A DNA stretch of 64,000 nt from Marsupella aquatica (GCA_973895155.1 OZ316891.1:11099875-11163874); one strand, 5' to 3'; shown: positions 1-13,127, numbered from the stretch's first letter. Notes: generated by a model from the letters alone, not told the origin. Made by a program: numbers and translations.

Positions 1-276
1 TAGGAGTGTTGAGTACAAAAGAAGACAGTTTGCTGTCTTTGTGAATGGAATTCAAAAAGATCTTTCAAGGCAAATTAAAAGAAAGATCAATTTGATTGAA
101 AACTAAGTCAGTAACAGTAGCGAGTCAGTAATGCAAGCAAGCAAGGAATCAAGGAGACTAACCCAGCTGATTTGGGCCTGCTCAATATTGGTACCTGCTG
201 AGAAGATACTCTAATTTCTTATGCCCGAAGAGCTACAAAGCTAAAACCAGGATGTGGACCTGTTGATGACGTGCAG

Positions 277-3200
277 CTGAGGAATCGGTTCCACTTCTGA
301 AGAATGAAGCTCGACACGATGGTGAGGAGGAGGAACACGTGCAGCACAGCAGGGAAGAAGAAAAAGGAGAAGACGATCCGGACCAGTCACCGGTGGAGCA
401 AGTAGCTCTAACTGTGCCCACCACGGACGACCCAACACTCCCCGTGTGGACATTCCGAGTCTGGACTCTGGGCATAGCGTCATGTGTGGCCATCTCCTTC
501 CTCAACATGTTCTTCGATTACAGGACCGAGCCCCTCACCCTCACTTCCGTGTCAGCACAAATTGCAACCTTACCCATTGGGCACTTTATGGCTGCGACGC
601 TGCCTCGGAGCGTGCGTGTGCCCTCTCTGCGGGGCGGCAGAGGCTGGGACATAGAGCTGAACCCGGGTCCGTTCAATGTGAAAGAGCATGTTCTCATCGC
701 CATCTTCGGCAATGCAGGAGCTGCATTTGGATCCGGTGAAGTGTACGCTGTCAATACCGTGAACACCATCAAAGCATTTTATCATCGCAACATCAGCTTC
801 TTCGCTTCCTTCGTCCTCGTCGTCACATCACATGTGAGTCCTCCTAATTCAATTCAATTCAATTCAAATTGACGCTAGCCCCTTTCCAAATCAGTTCAAC
901 TTAACTCTCTCTTCAAAGTTTAGTTGAGCTTGATTGAAATCTCTCTTTAATTTCACTTCAATTTGATTTAATCAACTGCATCTCTGGTCTAAGGTACTGA
1001 CTATGGGCGGTATGGATTAAGGTAGATGGTCCTAGGAAAATAGTCTGATCTGTTCCCTTGCTTTTTGAGCTAGCATTAATTATGTCTTGAGTTTGCTCTG
1101 AGGTCTCTCAAAAGTAAATGCTAGAATCCCTGGCCGATGTTTGGTAGCATGAATTACCGAGTGCCCTATTTTCGTAGCACAAATCATTTCCGTACTTCAC
1201 CATAAACTTTCATTTTAGCTCGTCTGCCTTTTACTTTTTAATTAGTGTAAGGCACTTCGCACTAGTCGTCGCTTTTGCTGGCTTGCGTTGTCGCTCCTTT
1301 CCTGCTGAGTGCATGGCAATGAAAGGAGCTTTGCTTTCGTGAAATTGGTGAACTGTAATCCAGGTACTTGGATATGGATGGGCAGGGCTGTTGCGAAGGT
1401 ATGTAGTAGATCCTGCTCAGATGTGGTGGCCTTCTCAATTGGTGCAGGTCTCGTTGTTCAGGTATGAGTACGTCTACTTCAGAATTTGCAAAGTCCTTTT
1501 TTGGGAATTTCAATGTTTAGACTAGCTTGGTCGTTTCCTCGTCTGCTACTTTTTCTAATCGTCTCCAGCGCTCTGGGAGGCCAACGTTTAGTACAGCCTG
1601 TGTAACAGCAGAATTTTTTCAAACTAAGTGGGACAATAATTTACTGAGTGTTATGTTTAAGAGGGCTTTGGGACAAATGAATGGAATGGCTTTGGGACAC
1701 TTGCAGGACTCTTCATGAGAAGGAACCGGTGAAGGGCCTCACTCGCAGTCAGTTCTTCATCATCGCTGTGGCTGTATCCTTTGCTTACTATCTACTGCCG
1801 GGCTACTTGTTTAAAGTGGTGACATGCATTTCGTGGGTATGCTGGTTATGGCCGCACTCTGTCACTGCTCAGCAACTGGGCTCAGGCCTGAGAGGCCTTG
1901 GAGTTGGGGCCATCAGCTTGGACTGGGCAGGAATGGCTGCATACTTTGGGAGTCCTCTGGTATCACCTTGGATGAGTATCGTGAACACGGCAGCAGGGGC
2001 GGGAGTGTTTCTCTACATTATCATGCCACTTGCTTATTTGGGCAACGTTTACGATGCAAGAACTTTCCCCATCTTCTCCAGTAATCTCTTCCAAGCAAAC
2101 GGCCTGGAGTATGACGTTAATAGTGTTGTGGGCGATGATTTCAAATTGGATGTCGCTGCATATGAAAAATATGGACAAGTACACATCAGCACCTTCTTTG
2201 CACTCACTTATGGACTGGGGTTTGCTACACTTTCGTCGACTCTCACAAACGTCCTACTGTTTCATGGAAAGTAAGCAACTTTCTGGCAAACATCTCTGCC
2301 TCACCTACACTGGGGTTGGTAATTGTTAAGAAGCATGTCCAGGAGATCAGTCACTAAATTATTCCGCTCTACTGTCTGGTTCAAAAACAGAGGTGCTCTA
2401 AGCTAATCCTGTCGAGTAGAATAGGATCAAAAGGAAACGACTTGTTTTAGAAATCATAGCTACACTTAGTTGTAGGACTCAACTCTAACAGTATAGTTGA
2501 GTCTCACAACAGTCACTCACAGTACAAGACAGATAATAAGAAGAACGACTCTGCTGACAACCACGCGTCCCTTTGGAGTGCAAGCTGAACTGTAGATACT
2601 CTGACATTTAGATGGGCAAGGTGTTATAATGCAGCTTTGATGACGAGGTGGGGCTGAATGTTTGATTTTCTGTTTCTCGTCTGACGTTGATGAGGTCTCA
2701 CGCACTTTTGCGCATTAGTGACGTGCAAGTTCAAGAAGACCAGTCAGGTTTACGAAGCTTTAGTTAAATGCGACGACTGTTCTGATGATGACGAGTTTAA
2801 CGAGTAGGAGTCTGCTCCATCAGCCGCATAGCCATGCTGTGCTTCTGCAATAAAATGTAGAGCCGAATTTGATAAAAGTCAGATGTTGAACTTTCGAGAA
2901 TTATGATATTATGCTTACTTTTCCTTGTTCTTCAGGGAAGTCTGGCGACAGAGTACAGCTGCAGTTCACACACAGAAGTTGGACGTGCACACTCGTTTAA
3001 TGCGGAAGTATACAGACGTTCCGCGGTGGTGGTTTGTACTGGCTCTAGTTAGTAGTGTCACGCTGGCCATGATGGTGTGTGAGCCCTACAAAGCAGAGCT
3101 CCAACTACCGTGGTGGGGCATCCTCTTGTCTGTCTCGCTATCCTCCATCTTGACACTACCCATTGCTATGCTCACTGCGACTACTAACAAGGTATGGAAA

Positions 3201-4727
3201 TGATTAAGCCCTATGTTAGAATTCTCTTGTCAGATCACAAGAGTTAATATAGGATCTTCAGTAAGGACTGCACTGGACAGGTGGATGGCTTAATTTGGTT
3301 GTGACAATCAGATGCTGAAGAGATGCCCCTTCACCAAGTAACTTGATTAGGGCCTTATAACCACTTCTTCTACTGTAATCCTCTTAACTGTGCAGACACC
3401 AGGATTGAACATCATTTCCGAATACATTATAGGACTTATTTTACCGGGTCAGCCTATCGCCAACATGTGCTTCAAGACTTATAGCTACAGTGGAACGAAA
3501 CAAGCTGTCAATTTTCTGGCGGATTTCAAGCTGGGACATTACATGAAAATCCCTCCACGCTCTATGTTTACAGCTCAGGTGTGAAGAACAATCCAATAAC
3601 CCCCACCTCATATTTCTTGTTCCAGTTTGGACGGTATGAACTGTTGAGCTAATTATCTCTGGATTCCAGATTATGAGATCTTCCTCAGTGGGAGCTGTTG
3701 TAACCCACCTTTTTCCAGTAATAACAATTTAATATGAAATAACTAGCCGAGGTTTTTCTCAGCATTGGGGATGCCTACTTGTCCAACCTTGTGGCACTGA
3801 GCTGCAAGGTGACCAGTAGCACCAGTCTATTTGACTAGTTGGGTGCAGCATGGTAGTTGTATTATTTCCTTTGTAAAGATTTGTGTACTACCAGTTGCGT
3901 GTTATCGCAGTCCTTGGCAAACAGATTGCAGCTTACTTACTTTTTACCCCTAAACCCTAAGCTTACTTACTTTTTACTATAACTCCTTTTCTCAAAAATT
4001 AAGTTTCTGTACCTTGCTATCAGTAATAACAATGTCCCTGATGCTTGGTAGCAAACGTGCTTCTGGCTGTGTTGTTCAACATGAAAAGGCTGACGACTAT
4101 GATGATCGGCAGGTGGTTGGAGCACTTCTGAACGCGACAGTAAACTTGTTGACAGCTTGGTGGATGCTTGCAACGGTGCCAAATATTTGCGACCTGCATC
4201 TGCTATCCCCAGCGAGCCCTTGGACTTGTCCCGGAACCAGAGTCTTCTATGATGCTTCTGTGATTTGGGGTCTTGTTGGTCCTGCAAGAATATTTGGGTC
4301 TGAAGGGATATACAGTAAACTAAACTGGTGGTTTCTGGGTGGAGCACTTTTGCCAGTCCCCGTGTGGCTTCTGACTAGACGGTACCCAAAATCAAAATGG
4401 ATAGCGATGATCAACGTACCCATAATCTTCGCAGGGGCTGCTGACATGCCTCCTGCCTCATCGCTGAATCTGGTGACGTGGGTGATTGTTGGCACCATCT
4501 TCAATTACTTCGTCTTCAACTACAGGAAGAGATGGTGGCAACGCTACAACTACGTCCTTTCGGCAGCACTGGACGCTGGGACAGCATTCATGGCTGTGGC
4601 ACTCTACTTTGCCTTGGAACTCCAGGGCCACAGCTTGGATTGGTGGGGTAATCAACCCGACCATTGCCCTCTTGCTCACTGCCCAACTGCTCCTGGTGTC
4701 GTGGTGGAAGGCTGCCCTGTTTTCTGA
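277..4727 (+). CDS. OPT: Oligopeptide transporter (OPT family), spliced; the exon carrying the start codon was not identified and may lie upstream of the window
   Basis: Exons inferred from GT-AG boundaries that keep the frame: 277-833, 1364-1461, 1707-2270, 2936-3191, 3396-3578, 4113-4727 (about 757 codons). OPT signature motifs [10 protein letters not shown] and [11 protein letters not shown] are present, as are [24 protein letters not shown], the C-terminal [11 protein letters not shown]...GCPVF and many hydrophobic segments. The in-frame ATG at 252 is closed by TGA at 264, so 277 is an acceptor (gtgcag|), not a start. Confidence 0.93.
3930..3977. repeat. Short telomere-type tract (CCCTAAACCCTA) between two copies of an 18-bp direct repeat, in an OPT intron
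   Basis: AGCTTACTTACTTTTTAC at 3930-3947 and again at 3960-3977, with CCCTAAACCCTA at 3948-3959. Confidence 0.85.
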
Positions 4728-5975
4728 ACTAGCTACTCACACTGTCACATGCAGCTTCGGCTCAGGACCTCCTAAGCTGAGAAATCATATCGGAAATCAG
4801 ATGATGAAGCATTCTCTTAGAATTAAATTTATTGGTCAGTTCCTTGGTACCTAGTTGTGATCAGAGAACCCCATCCTCCGTGTAAGCAAGCCCTGCAATT
4901 GCTGTCTGCTCACGTGCTGTGGTTCGTTTAAAGTTACGGGATTAGCAGGGCCTTGTACGATTCCTCGCCTCATGCTACTATTGAGCCTATTGTAAAGTCC
5001 CATTCATACAATCATTGCATTTAATCTAACAGAAGCTCATTCTGGGCCACAGATATCCCTTTCATGCAACCGTGTAGTTGCTCTTGAAATAGGCCTATTT
5101 TGCCCCGAAATTGTTTCAATGTAGCAATCGCACAATTCTACTGTAGCCAAACCCCGCGTTGCGTCACAGATTTTCCTTAAGTGCAATTGTTCAATTCTAC
5201 GATCAAACTTGCATGATTTTGGTTTACAAGGACTCCAATCAATGAAAGCTATTGAAACAGAAACGCAATTTGCAATATTGCATTCCTTCCGGAAATCGAC
5301 TCTGAAGCGCCGTAGGCACATTTTAAAAACTCCATTCGGTCATTCAGTCCTACTCAGTACAGTACAGTAGAGGACGTTTTGGGTTCGCTACACCCCTTCC
5401 AACATATATGCGTGAACGAGGTACTGGCAACTGGAATTAAGATGAATTACAGAAGGGGCCAGCCTGGTAAAAGTAAGTAATTTGTACAGAAATCATGATA
5501 CTGTAGGAAGAACTGCCTAAGCTATGAAAACTTCATTTTTGGGGGGAATGGCTTCGTGGGCATTATGTCAACCACATTTCAGTCACATATTTACAGCAGT
5601 ACGAACTCGTATATTTCAACTTGACCCATTCCTGCGCTAGCATCGTCTAAAAACGTTCCATACTCTTGTAGGTTCAAACTTAACTATAAAATCCCACCTG
5701 CTACGTATATCAAAGTCCGGTTCAACAGCAGAGCTGTAACGTTGCCTACATTCACAACGTTAATGTGTGCAAAACTACAATGCAGTATGTCATTAGGAAT
5801 CCCAAGAGGAACTTCATACCGTCCACGTCATGAAAGCACCTTTGCAAAGTCAGGAAATTATTGGCAGTGTAATCATTCGGTGCCCAGTTCTCGGATTTCA
5901 AAGGAGAACCCCGACGGGCCTTGAAGAAGTGAGAGATGGTCGCTAGTCTTGAGCGACGGAGAGGTCGTCAATCAG

Positions 5976-6986
5976 CTACAGTATTGAACAGGCACCTCGT
6001 TTCGCATCCTTCATGAACTCCTCTCGTTCCCTGTTGGCGCGCTCGAGTGCTTCCTTCAAACTTTTAATATCTGCATCAGACTTTTCCCTGTCTTCCCGAG
6101 CCCTCTGCTCCACTTGTTCACGTGCTCGCTGCTCCGACTTGAGACATTCCTCCAGCCTCTCTGAACTCAGACGTAATTTCTCTTCCACCATTACCTTAAC
6201 CTGCTCAAGCTGCTTTGAATATGCAACCTCCAACGACTCTTTCATAGCTTGGAATTCAGGACTGTGCAACCCTAAACCTCCAGCGGGTCGAAGTTGCTCA
6301 TGACCCTGTTCCCTGATTGCAAGCTCCTGGGCTTGTTTGAACAGGTCATTCGAGTAGGGAAAGCCACCATTGGCTGCAACCATATCATCAGTCACGGACA
6401 GCAATTGACTCAATTGCTGTTCCTTTTTTGCCTTATCACTAGTCTTATTATCAAAGAGCACCATCCGATTACCACACTTCTTAATTAAAGTCCTTAGAGA
6501 TTCCGGAGCGCCCTCTCGAAGGTAGCCATCTAAAGTCTCATCAGCGTCTTCGAGTTCATCCCCACCGGTAAAGATGAGAATCATGTAGTTGACAACCTTC
6601 TCCCCAAATATAGTCTGCAGGCTCTCCATCGCTGCCGCCTCTTCTGCCGTGAACCGACTTCTCACCGATAGAACCAGCAGCAGAGCATGAACGCCATCCT
6701 TTGCCAGATCCAGACACTTCATGATCTCCTTCATCACAAACTCGGCTGGCAGTGTTGGGTCAAACAACCCGGGAGTATCCACCACCCGGATGCAGCGGTC
6801 ATCTGGCCGTGTCGTGGATTGGAGCTCACAGGTGCTCGTGACTGCCGCAGAGCCCAATTTGGACTTGAACAATTTCTTCCCCAATATCGAATTGCCACTG
6901 GCGCTCTTCCCATTTCCTGTGCGGCCAACCAGCACCATGGTGGTCGGCGTCGTCAGCTCCCAATCACTATCCTCGCTCCCACCCAT
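5976..6986 (-). CDS. AIG1/IAN (GIMAP-like) immune-associated nucleotide-binding GTPase, 336 aa, intronless CDS, C-terminal coiled coil and CaaX
   Basis: ATG at 6986 (MGGSEDSDWEL). G1 is GRTGNGKS followed by GNSILG, G3 is VVDTPGLFD; GVHALLLV, FTGGDEL and LFDNK are also present. A helical E/Q/R/K-rich tail ends in CSIL. An acceptor-like ttcttacag near 7032 suggests a 5' UTR intron. Confidence 0.93.
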   Translation of the reverse strand: MGGSEDSDWELTTPTTMVLVGRTGNGKSASGNSILGKKLFKSKLGSAAVTSTCELQSTTRPDDRCIRVVDTPGLFDPTLPAEFVMKEIMKCLDLAKDGVHALLLVLSVRSRFTAEEAAAMESLQTIFGEKVVNYMILIFTGGDELEDADETLDGYLREGAPESLRTLIKKCGNRMVLFDNKTSDKAKKEQQLSQLLSVTDDMVAANGGFPYSNDLFKQAQELAIREQGHEQLRPAGGLGLHSPEFQAMKESLEVAYSKQLEQVKVMVEEKLRLSSERLEECLKSEQRAREQVEQRAREDREKSDADIKSLKEALERANREREEFMKDAKRGACSIL

Positions 6987-8371
6987 CGTTCTTCCTCCGG
7001 AACCCAAACGCAAATAGCAGAGCTACAACCACTGTAAGAAAAACAGAATCAAATATGTCATATCCCAACTCCATACGATACCTCGCTTAGAAGGACTTTC
7101 GTTACTTGATTCCCTAGTGGAGTAGAATAAATTGAACGAATGCCATCGCCAGCCACACAATTCCCTCCATGGAATCTCTCTAAATATCGTTTTTGAGAGG
7201 AAAATCGATTCTCACTACTCCCAAAACAAGGAATCTCGTCCTCGAAACTCTTTCAAGCAAATCGAATGTCCATCTCTCTCAAATCTTACTTTGTTCCTTC
7301 GTCCTAAAGAAATAATCGTTCTTCACCCCCACCCAATCCCCCAACATCCCACGGGACACAGAAATTGTTGTTTAAGCTCTTGTCACCACATTAGTTGTCT
7401 TACTTGAAAATCTTTCAACCGTCCCATCAAGAATCATCTCCATGGCATTTCCTACCTCTCCGGTATATCTCTACATCTACCAGCACAGTCATCGATACGA
7501 ATTCATAACTTTTCTTAGCAAATCCTTCTGGCATTTCCTAATTCTCAAGTGACCGTTTTCAACGAAATCCCGACATCACAGAAGCAAACCAAATCCATAC
7601 AGAGTTATGGTGGCCAGCCTGCAGTCCACAAAACGTTCTCAACACCTGCACGGCGACATTCACCAGAGTAACAACTTTGAAACTCGAAATTGTCCAAAAC
7701 CATCCACAGTGGAGGGAATGGAAGCAAGGAATGCCTAAATGCAACCATGAAAACAAGAGAGAGTGAACAGCGAACCTAGCGTGGACACAACGAAGGACGC
7801 GTGGAGAGCAATATAACGCAATCGTATACTCTTCCAGATCCGCAACACCGGCGCCAAGCAGAGGCAATTCGGAGCAGTCTAGGGTCTGATAACGAACGCG
7901 CCTTCAGGGCTCCACATCGAGCTTGCTCATCATGACGCTCTCGTCCCCATTCCAGTCCAAGCGAGAACACGTCTCAAGCAGCAAAATGCTTCCCTCTCAC
8001 AACTAGATATGATGGGGTTCAACACATCAGGAAACCCTCAAAAACACTCTCCTCTCTTTCTCTCAATTCCCCTCCCGTCCCCTCCCGTCTCAGTACAGTT
8101 CAACGAGACAACCGACCAACACCAGCACAATCCACGACACAACGAGGAACAGAAATGTCAAAAGCAACCCATGAAGCAGTGCTTGCAGCATGAAGCAACC
8201 TGCTTTGCGGTGCGGCGGGCTTGCTTCTGACTTGCTTCCAAATGTTTATCCTTGCTTTGTCCACAAAGCCGGGATCGGCGAATGGCGAATCGACCCCACA
8301 GCAGAGGCAGCAAGGCAGGCGGAGGGCGCACCAGGCAGAGCAAGCCAGGTTGCCAATTCTCCGCCTCGTCA

Positions 8372-8416
8372 AGCCCAGCCCAGCCCAGCCCAGCCCAGCC
8401 TAGCCAAGCCAAGCCG
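8372..8416. repeat. (CCCAG)n/(CCAAG)n pentanucleotide microsatellite
   Basis: agcccagcccagcccagcccagcccagcctagccaagccaagccg read directly. Confidence 0.85.
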
Positions 8417-8576
8417 AAAAGCAATCGGAAAAAGCGAACGGAAAGACTTTCTAAGAATTGTTTTCTATGGCGATGCTGCACCGCTTTCTCTCTTTCTGCC
8501 ACATTGGCCTCCGCATTTGGACAGTGCTGCTGGAATGCATTATTATTATTCCGTCCTTTCTTCGCGGCGACTCCTC

Positions 8577-9830
8577 CTCTCCTCTGTTGAGCTTTGTAGA
8601 GGCTCAGCCACATTCTCCTCTCTTCTCCTCTCTTCTCCTCTCCCCTCTCCTCTGTTGAGGAGCTTTGTAGAGGCTCAGCCACATTCGGTGTCGAGAATGG
8701 CTGGGCAGTTGGCTTTGTGGTAGGTAAGGGTGAGGTTCCATGCACCAGGAGCCAGGAGTACTGAATTCTGGTGCCCACTTCTTTTTTGCTTTTTGTTTTG
8801 TGTTTTGGTGACCAGGGGGGGACAGGGGGGCAGGGGGGCAGGGAGCCACTAGCAAAATATTGAGGTTCAATACGCACCAAAGTTGTATAGGTTCACACTT
8901 AGCAGTGGGTATTGTCAAAATATTCAAGAGCTGCCCAAAGAGGCATGGCTGTGTGATAACTCACTTGACTTGAGACTCACAAATCTAGAGTTCAAATGTT
9001 CTGGCTGACTGTTCCCTTTCTATGGGGTTTCATAGATTTCACATTTTAAAAAATAAAATAAAAATATTCAAGAGTTGAAGTGCAAGCTAGGCAGTTGGCT
9101 TTGTGGTAGGTGAGAGTCAAGTTCCATACACCAAGGAGTATTGCACCCTGGTGCCCACTTCTTCCTTATTTGTGTGTTTTTGGTGACCATGGGCATGGAA
9201 GGAGGCAACAGCAAAGATCATGGTTCAAAGCGCATCAAAGTTGTCTGGGTTTTGCACTTGGCCACAAGTATTGTCAAAATATACAAGAGTTGAGGTGCAG
9301 GACGGGCAGTTGGCTTTGTGGTAGGTGAGGGCGAGGTTCCATGCACCCGGGCTGAGGACTGCTGACCCCTGATGCCCAGGCACTTCTTTTTTATTTGTTT
9401 GTTTTTTGGTGACTGTGGGCATCAAGGGAGCCACTAGCAAAAAAATCAGTTCAAATCACACCAAAGTTGTCTAGGTTTTTCACCTAGCCACACTCGTGGT
9501 ATAACGGTCAAATATTGACAAGGTGAGGTGCATGATGGCACTTGCGTTTGTGGTTGGTGAAGGTGAGGTTTCATGCACCAGGGACAGGAGTACTGAACCC
9601 TGGTGCCCATTTTTGTATTTCTTTGGTTTCCTGGTGGCCACAAGCACTGCGGGAGGCCCTAGCAAACATAATTGTTCACCAAAGTCATCTAGGTTTTTGC
9701 ACCAGCCTAGCCCTGGGGAAGTAAAAAAGTGTTGTCAAAATATATAAGAGTTGCACTTCAGTACATGTAGTTGGCTTTGTTTGAGGTAAGGATACTATGG
9801 TTAGATGCACCAGGGGTGAGGAGTATTGGC
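8577..9830. repeat. Degenerate tandem array of about 215-240 bp units (about 5 copies), preceded by a 40-bp duplication
   Basis: The motif GCAGTTGGCTTTGTGGTAGGT...GGTTCCATGCACC...GTACTGA..CTGGTGCCCA...GGGAGCCACTAGCAAAA...CACCAAAGTTGT...TTGTCAAAATAT.CAAGAG recurs near 8705, 9091, 9306, 9545 and 9767. CTCTCCTCTGTTGAG..CTTTGTAGAGGCTCAGCCACATTC occurs at about 8577 and 8646. Confidence 0.85.
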
Positions 9831-10069
9831 AGTCCCTGATGTATTGATAACATTGTAAGCTGGTACTCTCCAGGAGTGGATGGAATAAGATACTCTCTCC
9901 TCCCCATATACCATAGCAACTGCAGCTGCAACCTGATTCACTCCAAGGTTCCTGGACTATTTTCCTAATTATTCCACTTCCCACCCGTGGAACCTTGCTG
10001 TCTTTCATTGGTCAGGTCCTTAGTTTTCTGGTCCTCAACCCCACAGATGATATGAATATATTGATTGAG

Positions 10070-10870
10070 AATTTTATGGAGGAACCTACTTTTCACGTAG
10101 GTTGTATGGCATACAAAGTGGAGAACAATGGGCAAGGGTTACAAACTTTGCAAGGTCTTTGGTACACGTGCGGTACGTAGGAGGTGGTGCTCGAGCTATG
10201 TGGTCCTCCACCACAACAATTACAGGTTGATCTGACCATGGTCCATGATTGTTGGCATACTTTGACGGATGTTGTGGTAACAAACCCTTTGCGCTAGGAC
10301 CTTATTGAGATAGCGACAACAACGGCAGGGGCAGCAACATCTTGGGCGCCCATGACAAGGAGGCAAAATATGCCACTTGAGTGTCATCTGATACATTTCT
10401 CCCCCTTGCAATTGAGATATTTGGGCATCTTCATCATCAGTTTGATGGGCTTCTTCGACAGGCTGCTCGTGATATTCATAGAGTGACAGGTGGGTCTCTC
10501 GGGACCCCCATCATCCATCTTGACCACACTTTTGTCAGCACAATTCAATGGCTTTACAACATGCACAAACTCAAGCAATTTATGCCAATCCCTCATAGTG
10601 GGCGCCTCCGCAAACACTAGAAGACATTCTCATCCCAATTGCTGATTTAGTTAGTAAAGTGGATGTGAACCATTAACTCTTGTCACATTGTCCAATGTGT
10701 ATACTAGTTCTTGAGTTTGCACTCAAGTAGTGTTTGACACTTTTCCCTTTATCTTCTTCCTTTTTTTAGGATTGCACTTGTTTTTTTGTTTTGCTTGTTT
10801 GGTGTTTGTTCTCTTAAGTTTGGACCTCTTTCTCTTTCCTTTCATTGTACTTTTGTTTTTTCCTGATTTA
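10070..10870 (+). mobile_element. Decayed 3' end of a non-LTR retrotransposon with a restriction-like endonuclease (CRE/R2-type RLE domain)
   Basis: Manual translation across stops and one frameshift gives QVDLTMVHDCWHTLTDVVVTNPLR*DL...HDKEAKYAT*VSSDTFLPLAIEIFGHLHHQFDGLLRQAA. This fits the RLE layout (D...DV...K..KY...F.P.A.E.FG). A T-rich low-complexity tail follows at about 10740-10870. Boundaries are approximate. Confidence 0.6.
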
Positions 10871-13127
10871 TAAATTTTGGTGGAAGTTTCTTTGAGGTCC
10901 ACTCCTTGAAAATCAGAATAAAACAGACAACACAGTCAAGAAATGACCTAAAAAACACAAAAATTAGAACGAAGAGAAGGACTTGTGCACCTCACAGATA
11001 GCATGACTATAATTTAGATCCTGCAATTTAGGGAGTGGTAAGGGGCACTTTTTCCAGGACAGTCTACATGCAAGGCTGCCCTAAAGCTCTCCTATGAGGG
11101 AATTGTCTTAAATCACAGCCCTGGAGCTTTCATGTTCTAACAGGGAGACCATTAACTTACTTTGGTCCTTACTTTCAAAATTTCCCAAAACTAGTGTCCA
11201 GACAAAGCCAGAATGCCCCTGCTGGTGATGCTTCTAGTTGCTTTGTTATTTTAGGTAAAGAGCTTTAGATTTACAAACTAAATAATATATATTTAATGCT
11301 CATGAACTAATTGTGGATTTTGCATGGTGCATGGATTGGGTTCATATCCAAGTGGAAGGATTCTTTCCCCCTTTTTCGCCCAAGTAGAAAGATATTAAAA
11401 CTGCATATTAAAACCAGTGTAGGCCAATGGAGCTGATTCTACTTGCCGAATAATCCTTCATCCAGGTCATAAGATTGCAGAATCAAACTACAATATGCAT
11501 ATGGAGCAATTTTTTAATGGAAAGTAATCGATTTTCTAATTCTAGTGGTGAATTGAAGACTTAATTTAGATGGAAATGCTTGGGGTGGCTTGAGAGGAGG
11601 GTCATCAACCGCCCACAATCCTGTAGCCCACATTGCAGCCCCATGTCAAGCAACCGCCCTTTTCTTATTGTAATGTTGTAATGTAATGTTCAACGTGGGA
11701 CTAATTCTTTTACTCGTTTTTCTCTTTTTTCAGTCGCTGGCTTTGAGACTGAAATTTTCCCTTTCCTTAGTCTTTGGGTTTGTACTCTTCCCATTGCTTT
11801 GCATTATTTCCTTCTAATTTAAAATGGGTACCCATATCTTCTTCTGAGCTCCCAAGTAGTGGGTGCCATCGAAAGAAATTGCCTAACCTGGAAAACGTTT
11901 ATGACTTCCACCCTTTCCTTGGGTTTTCGCCAATTTAAACTTGCAAAGCCACACAGACAAACCTTCGCTAAAAAACACTTTAAGAACAAAAGCCCCCCCA
12001 AAAAAACTAATCATATCGAACAGAGTCTTAAAAACAGAAGGAAAAAAAGTAAGCACATTGGGAACATTGCATCCCATGCGGCAAAAGGCCTCTCAAAAGC
12101 CTTTTGGAGTGAGTGTTGAATGAAAGTGAAACGTGGGGGATGAAGGTGTGTTTCTATTTGTGTGACTAACTTGACCGACCCACAAGTTTTGTTGATTTAC
12201 AAAGGACTTCGCTGGCTCCATCTTTCCTGTGCGATCCCAATACTTGTTCCCTATTTTTTCAGCCATTTGAGTGCATTTGATTAATTTGAGTTGTCTTACA
12301 TCACATGATGGATGCGAACCATCAATCCTGATCGTGATTTCCTCCAGTGAGATTTAACAATCTTGTTCAACGCGTGGTTGCTCATGCAAAGCTCTCTAAT
12401 GTGACAAACCAGCACGGCTAGTTTGATTTGGACGAATCTTACATCAGCTTTTCCACTTAAGCAGGATTCCACTGAAGAGATCACACGAAATCTTGAGAAA
12501 AGGCATGTAGCAGCTCACAGTCGATAGCATGATACCGAACTTAGCATTAGAGTTGGGTCGTAGCACCCAACAAAGGACTCAACTTGCCCATTCAAATGCT
12601 TGTTGAAGCAGACTTCTTTATTGTGAAATGCCTCAGACACTGCTCTCATTGTTGAAAACGTATCAATCAATTATGTACACGGCTTGCTCAGGGTATCCCT
12701 TTAATCGCATGCAAAGGTGCCATCTCACCAGACGAACATCGTGGGAGCTTTTCGGCTACTTTCCAGTGAGCGGATCATCTAGTTCGAATCGAAGAAAAGA
12801 GAGATGAAAATCCACTTTGAAGCTCTTGTGTACCACAGGTAAGAAACCATATTTCTACATTTGCCAGCCGCCATTCCCCCTTCGTTTTCATCAGTATTAC
12901 GGGCTTATTCCTTGTCAAATAAGAACCCGCAATCTGACCTTGCGACATTAACTTCGTATTTTATCACCAATAATGTGCGATGTAAATTAATCTAATTTCC
13001 TGTTGATGTCTGATGACTTTCCTGGGTCAAACTTGAAGATGTGACATCTTAAAGAGAATCACCGCGAAAGAAAGAACCCGGGCCACAGATGGGAAGGGAA
13101 AGATTGTGAGGGTGGCACCGAACCAGG

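Noticed and set aside
8100-8930. Long overlapping ORFs (240, 177, 112 aa)
   Set aside because: They are produced by microsatellites and GC-rich repeats and contain no recognisable domain.
8700-9830. CRISPR-like array
   Set aside because: Eukaryotic context, no cas genes, and whole 220-bp units repeat without unique spacers.
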